Part shown: one piece after another, positions 58,038 to 64,000 of the stretch
Position numbering within the stretch: the stretch's first letter is position 1
Layout: every line of letters starts with the position of its first letter
Source of the DNA: Akkermansia muciniphila
GTDB taxonomy: Bacteria; Verrucomicrobiota; Verrucomicrobiia; Limisphaerales; UBA9464
Assembly (NCBI GenBank): GCA_945898055.1
Contig: CAMDGV010000006.1
Coordinates: 31,863-95,862 of the forward strand
Length of the DNA stretch: 64,000 nt
Reading direction: 5' to 3'
Notes under the pieces: generated by a model
Database searches by the model: none
The model's input: the letters and a program-made list of their open reading frames with translations, nothing else
What the model was told of the DNA's origin: nothing
Made by a program: the position numbers and the translations under genes

Positions 58038-58987
58038 CGGACCTTGGCTCGATCGAGTTTCTACATCCCTGGTTCCTCGTCGCCTTACTCATCCTTCCGC
58101 TCATCGCTTGGTGGCGAAATCCCAAGGGACCGATCCCAGCCTTGGTCGTTCCCACGTTGACTCGACGTACCCATCTAGGGATACCAGTTCGCCGCCACCG
58201 AGGCGTCTTTGCTTGGACTTGGCCTCTGATTCCCATCGCCTGCTTCATCTTGGCTTTGGCTAGGCCACGGCTGCCTCGTGGTGATACGCCGGATCCCAGC
58301 AAAGGCATCGATATTATGCTGACTCTCGATTTCAGCCGATCGATGGCCGAAACTGACTTTCGACTGGAACGTAAACGGGTAAGCAGACGCGCTGCTCTGG
58401 AAGTAGTGACCGAAAAATTTATTGAAGGGCGTCCCAATGATCGAATCGGTATTGTTTGCTTTGCGCGCACTCCTTTCCTCGTGAGTCCACTCACTCTTGA
58501 CCATAACTGGGCGATCGCTTCGATGAAACAAACCGATCTAGCCACCGGCACTGGAATCGGGTGGGCAGTAATGGCCGCAGGTAATTTTATCCGCAAAGAC
58601 AGCGATCGCAGCAAAGTGATGATCCTGATTACTGATGGCGATAATTCCTCCGGCCCAAGGGCCTCGGAAGTCGTCAACCAATTGGTCAAAGATCGGATTA
58701 AGATGTACTCCGTCTTGATCGGCCCTGAAATGGTCACCCCCTCACTCGCTGCAACCCATGATCTCAATAAAGCCTCCCGAGCAACGGGCGGACAATTCTT
58801 TCAGGCAAATGACACTCGATCGCTCCAAGGAATCTATAATTTGATCGATCGTCTGGAAAAACGGGAATTGATCCAAAAAAGATTCGTCTTGTGGCGCGAA
58901 CTCTTTCCTTGGCCTCTCGCTATCGGTGCCTTGCTCTGGTTGACTGGATGGGTCATAAGCCAAACAATCAGAAGGCGGCTCCCATGA
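58034..58987 (+). CDS. BatA-like vWA-domain membrane protein.
   Basis: N-terminal FLHPWFLVALLILPLIAWW, MIDAS DxSxS in IDIMLTLDFSRSM, ILITDGDNSSG, and a C-terminal TM. It has an ATGA overlap with the upstream gene. Confidence 0.85.
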   Translation: MTDLGSIEFLHPWFLVALLILPLIAWWRNPKGPIPALVVPTLTRRTHLGIPVRRHRGVFAWTWPLIPIACFILALARPRLPRGDTPDPSKGIDIMLTLDFSRSMAETDFRLERKRVSRRAALEVVTEKFIEGRPNDRIGIVCFARTPFLVSPLTLDHNWAIASMKQTDLATGTGIGWAVMAAGNFIRKDSDRSKVMILITDGDNSSGPRASEVVNQLVKDRIKMYSVLIGPEMVTPSLAATHDLNKASRATGGQFFQANDTRSLQGIYNLIDRLEKRELIQKRFVLWRELFPWPLAIGALLWLTGWVISQTIRRRLP

Positions 58988-60036
58988 GATTCGCACATCC
59001 TGAACTTCTCCTTATCGCTCCGGTCACCCTCGCTCTATTTCTGATCGTAAACCGAGTCGGAACCCGTCGAGGTCGCGCTGCTCTGACAACTTTTGCCGGC
59101 GATGCCACCCGAGCTTGGGTTGCCAGTTCTTCGGTAACTTGGCGCAAACGTTTGGATCGCGCCTTGGTCTTCTTCGCCACCATTTGCCTCAGCCTCGCTC
59201 TCGCTCGACCCCTCCTTTATCGCACCGACGAACACTCCGAACTCCGTGGGGTCCCCTACTTGGTCGCACTGGATCTCTCAAGGTCAATGCTTACCGCCGA
59301 TGTTCGGCCTAACCGCTGGTTCTCAGCCACCAATGCTCTCGCTCGTTTTCTGGAATCAGCGTCATCTGACCGCGTCGGTCTTGTCACCTTCAGTGGGGTT
59401 GCTTACCTCAATGCGCCCCTTAGCTTCGATCCTCGCGCCGTCTTATCCATTCTTCGTTATACCTCTCCTCTCTCGATCGATATGGATGGGGAAACTGCTG
59501 GGTCAGATCTCGGCTCAGCGATCGAACGGGCCGGTCGTTACTTTGTTAGCAATGCTATTCAGCCTCGAGTCGTGATTCTCGTCACTGATGGCGAAGATTC
59601 TGGAACTCAGTTACTTGAAATCGGACGTCGCTGGGCCCGCCAAGGGGTCAAGGTCTGCGCTATTGGGGTGGGCACTCGGGCCGGTGCTAAGGTTCCCCGG
59701 ATTAATTATAGCACGCCGGCCCTCAATTCCTCAGGACAAGAGGTCATCTCGCGTCTGAATGAAGCCAATCTTAAACGGATCACGGCTCTCACCGGCGGCC
59801 GCTATTACCCGCTCGGTAACCAAGGGGAAGGATTTACTCAACTGCGTGAAGAATTTCTCAAACCTCTCCAAGAAACTGCCTCCCGACTCGATTTGAAAAA
59901 TTATACGGAGGGATTTCAAATCCCACTGTCACTCGCTGTCCTCGCTTTTCTCCTGCGCTTTTGTCTCGGTGCTGGACGCTCGGTCCAAACCAAAAGTCTT
60001 CCCTCCATCCGACTGCTTCCGCCTCTTAAGCCATGA
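58984..60036 (+). CDS. BatB-like vWA-domain membrane protein.
   Basis: The ATG at 58984 gives MRFAHPELLLIAPVTLALFLI. MIDAS is in YLVALDLSRSM, followed by VILVTDGEDSG and a C-terminal TM. The ATGA overlap with batA-like is the reason to prefer 58984 over the ORF-track start at 58891. Confidence 0.85.
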   Translation: MRFAHPELLLIAPVTLALFLIVNRVGTRRGRAALTTFAGDATRAWVASSSVTWRKRLDRALVFFATICLSLALARPLLYRTDEHSELRGVPYLVALDLSRSMLTADVRPNRWFSATNALARFLESASSDRVGLVTFSGVAYLNAPLSFDPRAVLSILRYTSPLSIDMDGETAGSDLGSAIERAGRYFVSNAIQPRVVILVTDGEDSGTQLLEIGRRWARQGVKVCAIGVGTRAGAKVPRINYSTPALNSSGQEVISRLNEANLKRITALTGGRYYPLGNQGEGFTQLREEFLKPLQETASRLDLKNYTEGFQIPLSLAVLAFLLRFCLGAGRSVQTKSLPSIRLLPPLKP

Positions 60037-61601
60037 CTCTCCTCCTCTTGTTGGTCGCAGTGCTGATGGCAACCACCGCCTTACCCCAGGTTTCTGCCGC
60101 AAATCCCCTCATCGATATCGCCTCGTTACAACGCCAATTGACCAACGGTTCAGCGGCCTCTGTCGCGGATATTCTCGGTGCGGCCGCAGAAAGAGACAGT
60201 GGCAACGTTCATCTCAATTACGATCACGGCGTCGCAGCTTATGCCGCCGGTCGATGGGAAGATGCTTTAGTCGCCTTCGATCAAGTGGAAACCGCACGCA
60301 ATCCTCGATTAGCCGCCTTAGCTCGCTTTCAGCGTGGCAATGCCGAATTTCAACTGGGAGCAGTGTCTCGTAATGCAAATTTAGACGAGACAATTTCACG
60401 CTGGAAGGCCTCGTTGGAAGCCTTTACGAGTCTCATCAAAGACTCCCCAAAAGAGGAGCGCGCTCGTCGTAATGAGGTCTATGTGCGAGGTCAACTCGCG
60501 GGTCTTCTTTTGGAAGAAGCCAAGAAATCCGCTGAGCAATCAAGAAAAACGGGGCAAACTCCAGCGCAACGCACACCTGCCTTACGAAATGCCTTCGAGA
60601 AATTCACCGATGCCAAAGACGTTGTGCCCGATAATTCTGAAGCCATAACCGGTGAAGCAGAAATGCGTCAAGAACTGGCGAGTGCCCTCAAACAGGAAGG
60701 GATTAAAAATGCCCAAGCACCTCTCTCCTTAAAACCCAACCGGCGCGAACCTCGGTTGCCCGATGTCGACGCTTCGCGTTTGGAAAAAGGCCTGGCTCAA
60801 CTGGAAGAAAGCGCAGAATTACGCCCCAACGATCCAGAGACAAAGGCGGCCCTAGACCAAGCCAAGGAGCGGCTAGCCAGTGCCAAGGTGAAGCAGGCGG
60901 AAACCTTTTTGACTCTGGAAGAACAGGTGCCAGTTACCAGGGAAAAACTGGCGCTTCTTCGGATGGCTCGTGAGCAAATCGACAAGGCATTGGATCAATC
61001 TCCGAAACACGCGGAAGCACTTCAATTAGGGGAAGAAATCGACCGGCGCCTCTCGCAAATTCATGAAGAAGAAGGTGATTTTCTGGAGCAACAATCCCAA
61101 TTCAGCCCTCAGGAACAACAGGCAATGCAACTGGGTCAAGCTCTCGACCATTTCCAACAAGCGGGCGAGTTGCGACCGGACGATAAACGCCTGAAAGCAA
61201 AGCAACAACAGGCTGAAAATAAGCTCGCTGAAGCCCTCGATAAGTTGGCTGATAAATTGATGCAAAGCCCTGAGGGTGCAGAGCCGATGGAATCACAAGC
61301 CGCTCGACTTGAGGGCGCGGAACAGGCACTGGGTGAACTACAAGCACTCAAACCCAGTGATCGCACGGATCAACGAGCAAAGCAGGTGGGTAAAGAACTC
61401 GACGGCTTGCGGGAAAAAATGGGTGATAACGGTAAGGAACCCGGCCAAGGCCAACCCGGTTCTCTCCCCGGTCAAGGCCAAGGCCAGCAACCTCAACCCC
61501 AATGGATAGGGCAACCTCTCGACGGTCCACCGCGGATCAACCAACCCGGTTCCAAGGGACAGTCCCCAAAAAATGCGGGCAAAAATATTCGCGACTACTA
61601 A
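60033..61601 (+). CDS. BatC-like TPR protein with a long helical/coiled region and a Gln/Gly/Pro-rich C-terminus.
   Basis: It has a signal peptide (LLLLVAVLMATTALPQVSA), a TPR-like segment (YDHGVAAYAAGRWEDALVAFDQ..FQRGNAEFQLG), then repeated helical A-L-D-Q-A blocks and GQGQPGSLPGQGQGQQPQPQ. It has an ATGA overlap with batB-like. Confidence 0.65.
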   Translation: MTLLLLLVAVLMATTALPQVSAANPLIDIASLQRQLTNGSAASVADILGAAAERDSGNVHLNYDHGVAAYAAGRWEDALVAFDQVETARNPRLAALARFQRGNAEFQLGAVSRNANLDETISRWKASLEAFTSLIKDSPKEERARRNEVYVRGQLAGLLLEEAKKSAEQSRKTGQTPAQRTPALRNAFEKFTDAKDVVPDNSEAITGEAEMRQELASALKQEGIKNAQAPLSLKPNRREPRLPDVDASRLEKGLAQLEESAELRPNDPETKAALDQAKERLASAKVKQAETFLTLEEQVPVTREKLALLRMAREQIDKALDQSPKHAEALQLGEEIDRRLSQIHEEEGDFLEQQSQFSPQEQQAMQLGQALDHFQQAGELRPDDKRLKAKQQQAENKLAEALDKLADKLMQSPEGAEPMESQAARLEGAEQALGELQALKPSDRTDQRAKQVGKELDGLREKMGDNGKEPGQGQPGSLPGQGQGQQPQPQWIGQPLDGPPRINQPGSKGQSPKNAGKNIRDY

Positions 61602-61761
61602 TGGCTTCGTATCCTGCAGGACTCCTTGAATTCTACCGCAAACGACGACTCTAAAAGAGCTCGATCGAGGGTATCCTAACCTAGCCTTAAACTCTGAGAC
61701 TCCGCCAAAGATTTCACGCTTCCGGGACACGTATTAAAGCCCCGATTTTGCCAAAAAAACC

Positions 61762-62430
61762 GTGACTCAAGCCCCTCTTCTCCCTTCTCTTGCTCGAGTT
61801 GTTCGTGGGCTTTCGACTCTTTTCTGGGGGCTTCCTTTTGCTTTGCTGGCCTGTATCCGGACGAGCATGGGTGACTTAGGCGCCCAAGGTGGGATCTGGC
61901 TACCGCTCGCCTCCTGCATCCTTATTTGGTTCGGGCTTCGACAACTCGCGTCGTTCCAAACTCAGGAACGAATCTGGATAAACGCCCTCGCTCGTGCTGA
62001 AATTTTCGCTCTAGCCAACTGTGCTCTCGCCCCCTTTACCTGGTGGTGGAACCGCAATCCGTCTTCACTTTTCTTTGCCCAAAGCATTCTTCTCTTGCTC
62101 TTCTCGGCACTCGCCTTCCTTTTCGCTTTAAATCATGTCCTCCGCCGTCTCGCTGCACTTCTACCCGACGAAACTCTTCGAACGGACATCCGTTTCTTTA
62201 CCCGACTCAATGCCGCTTTAATCCTCTGTCTAACGCTGATTGCCGGAGCTTGGAGCCTCTCCTTTTATCTGCCGATTATCCCCGAATCTTTTGATTGGAT
62301 CATTGAGGCTATTGAACAAAATCGACTCACCCTGATTGTTACCCTCGGACTGCTGCCCGTGGCTGTCACTATGACCCTCATCTGGAAAGCCAAGGAAGCA
62401 ATCGTCGCCGACGTCTTCCACTCTCGCTGA
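61762..62430 (+). CDS. Hypothetical polytopic membrane protein.
   Basis: A 222-aa ORF (GTG start) with about six hydrophobic helices. No family recognised. Confidence 0.5.
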   Translation: MTQAPLLPSLARVVRGLSTLFWGLPFALLACIRTSMGDLGAQGGIWLPLASCILIWFGLRQLASFQTQERIWINALARAEIFALANCALAPFTWWWNRNPSSLFFAQSILLLLFSALAFLFALNHVLRRLAALLPDETLRTDIRFFTRLNAALILCLTLIAGAWSLSFYLPIIPESFDWIIEAIEQNRLTLIVTLGLLPVAVTMTLIWKAKEAIVADVFHSR

Positions 62431-62442
62431 CCTACTTCCTCC

Positions 62443-62486
62443 AAAAGTGGAGCGGATCACCCTCTTTCGGGCGATCTGCTCCACTT
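62443..62486. terminator. Long hairpin between convergent genes. It is a likely terminator for the minus-strand ThuA-DUF1080 gene and possibly bidirectional.
   Basis: An outer stem (aagtggagc ... gctccactt) encloses an inner stem (gatcaccc / gggcgatc, one mismatch). On the minus strand it is followed by tttt. Confidence 0.5.
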
Positions 62487-62505
62487 GATTCACACCGGCT
62501 ATCCC

Positions 62506-63870
62506 TTATTTGAGCGACTTAATCCGGATATTTCGGAAAGCCACAGCACCATGATCGCCTTGAAGCAAAATCGGCCCAGGTTGATCCACGAGATCATCCA
62601 ATTGACCTCCAGTTCCCTTCGCCGATACCACCTGATCGTGCACCTTCATTCCGTTTAGGATGAGCGAGATTTTATTTCCTACGAGTGTCGCTTCCGCTGT
62701 CTGCCATTGACCTGCTTTTCGAGAGGCGAAAAGTGAAACAGGCTTCAAATTGTAAATAGCGCCATTGCCCCCTGCCGTCGGTTTGCCAGAAGCAAAATCA
62801 TCGAACACCTGGATTTCATGACGTCCGCGTAAGTAAAAACCAGAGTTTGATTTCGGAGCCACTTGAAACTCGTATCGCACCACAAAGTCGCGAAAGGTTT
62901 CGTCCGTCAAAATGTCAGTGCCGTGCTCAGTAAAGTTCCCGTCCTTATCCACTTTCAGTACATTGCAAAGCATCCCATTCTGAACACTCCACGACTTCAT
63001 TCCTCCCTCGCGACGATACTTCCACCCTTTCATACTCTGACCGTCAAACAAGAGCCGGAACCCCTCCTTTTCCTCGGTCGCACTCAGCACGTTGGCCGTG
63101 TCTGTCACTTTTCCAGATCCTTTGGCTAATCCAAGTCCCCAACGAATCCCTCCAAGAATATGTTTCTGATAGGCTTCACTGGTCCACACATCCTCACGAT
63201 GCCCAAGTGAAGTATAGAACATTCGGCCTCCACCCTTCAAATCCTTGGCCCAAGCCACTGGAAAATCACCCGGTACATGGGTCTGCGGATGCTTGTCCAA
63301 GGTCAATAATCCATGAACTCGCTTCCGGTGAAATTCCTTAAACTCATAAATCTCATCATACATCGTCCAGTTATCACCCAAATGCGCGTTGGCCGGGTGG
63401 GTTGGATCCTGATTGGCCATATTTACCGTCACCTGCGATCCGTGGGTCAAAAAGAGACCTCCTAACATCCCGTAATAGGGAGGGTATCCATGGAAAGTAT
63501 CGCTGCTGGAATGCATCCCAATAAACGCATGACCGTTCTCAACCCACTTGATAAACCCATCCTTGTCCGGGATCGCCAATTCACCCGTGGTGTTGGCAAA
63601 AATCACCGCATCAATGGTCGCCAAATTCGCTAAAGACAGCTTTTGACCCACTTCCGCATCATCCTGACCGTTGGCACCGCCTCGCACAAAATCAACGACA
63701 GTGTAGTCACCTGACGTGGCTCCTAACGTTGCAATGACGTTCTCGGCTGTGGCAATGGAGCTATGCCGAAACCCCTTGGTAGCGGTGACGACCAAAACCC
63801 TCTTCGGGGCGGCTTCCGCAGCAACCAGTGCAGCAGAAAGAAAAACGGCAGCTGAAAGGACGGATTTCAT
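62506..63870 (-). CDS. Exported ThuA-like domain plus DUF1080 (3-keto-disaccharide hydrolase-like, concanavalin fold) fusion protein.
   Basis: It has a signal peptide (VFLSAALVAAEAAP). The ThuA-like part reads RVLVVTATKGFRHSSI...FIGMHSSSDTF...FYTSLGH. The DUF1080-like C-terminus reads GFRLLFDGQSMKGWKY...WSVQNGML...DFVVRYEFQV..NSGFYLRGRHEIQVFD...GPILLQGDHGAVAFRNIRIK. Confidence 0.8.
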   Translation of the reverse strand: MKSVLSAAVFLSAALVAAEAAPKRVLVVTATKGFRHSSIATAENVIATLGATSGDYTVVDFVRGGANGQDDAEVGQKLSLANLATIDAVIFANTTGELAIPDKDGFIKWVENGHAFIGMHSSSDTFHGYPPYYGMLGGLFLTHGSQVTVNMANQDPTHPANAHLGDNWTMYDEIYEFKEFHRKRVHGLLTLDKHPQTHVPGDFPVAWAKDLKGGGRMFYTSLGHREDVWTSEAYQKHILGGIRWGLGLAKGSGKVTDTANVLSATEEKEGFRLLFDGQSMKGWKYRREGGMKSWSVQNGMLCNVLKVDKDGNFTEHGTDILTDETFRDFVVRYEFQVAPKSNSGFYLRGRHEIQVFDDFASGKPTAGGNGAIYNLKPVSLFASRKAGQWQTAEATLVGNKISLILNGMKVHDQVVSAKGTGGQLDDLVDQPGPILLQGDHGAVAFRNIRIKSLK

Positions 63871-64000
63871 AATCTGTTAAATGACCCTCTCCTCAGGAAC
63901 GCCCAAAGTTTATGAGCTACTATTCGCAAGGATGTCCCCCTACTTCGGACCTATCGCGTTCGGATGGCAAGCCCAGTGCAGCAAAATCTTCGACTCGGAT

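Overview
This 64-kb chromosomal segment has moderate GC (judged by eye, not computed). Its gene content points to the PVC superphylum, most likely Verrucomicrobiota. That call is an inference from PEP-CTERM proteins, a DUF1559-type prepilin-like protein, a beta-propeller/HEAT/CxxCH heme protein, a TAT-signal Gfo/Idh/MocA oxidoreductase and a ThuA-DUF1080 fusion. Most of the window is housekeeping: metH, thiG, nadB, glyQS, gnd, aspS, rsmI, sodA, an initiator tRNA-fMet, metF and topB. These are interleaved with secreted or envelope proteins of unknown function.

Four things stand out:
1. The first 7 kb is the 3' part of one gene for a giant secretin. It exceeds 2,340 aa and its 5' end lies outside the window. 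The canonical C-terminal secretin barrel is preceded by about two dozen tandem Secretin_N-like modules. A small lipoprotein follows with a 1-nt stop/start overlap.
2. An accessory-looking stretch at 25.8-33.3 kb holds two decayed transposase remnants. Two direct copies of a composite repeat (41-bp tandem units plus a ~120-nt hairpin element) bracket about 5.7 kb. That segment encodes a TPR/FG-GAP/ASPIC protein and an orphan MoaD/ThiS-like plus NIL-domain pair.
3. A bat-like (DUF58/vWA/TPR) operon has four consecutive ATGA stop/start overlaps and no adjacent MoxR ATPase.
4. Several domain-level oddities: a PanB-like protein lacking the PanB catalytic motifs next to metH, a DUF455/ATP-grasp-like fusion, and a membrane REC protein with an Hpt-like domain whose His appears replaced by Asn.

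I found no CRISPR array, rRNA, intact mobile element or recognisable defence system. All family calls rest on motif recognition by eye, without database searches.
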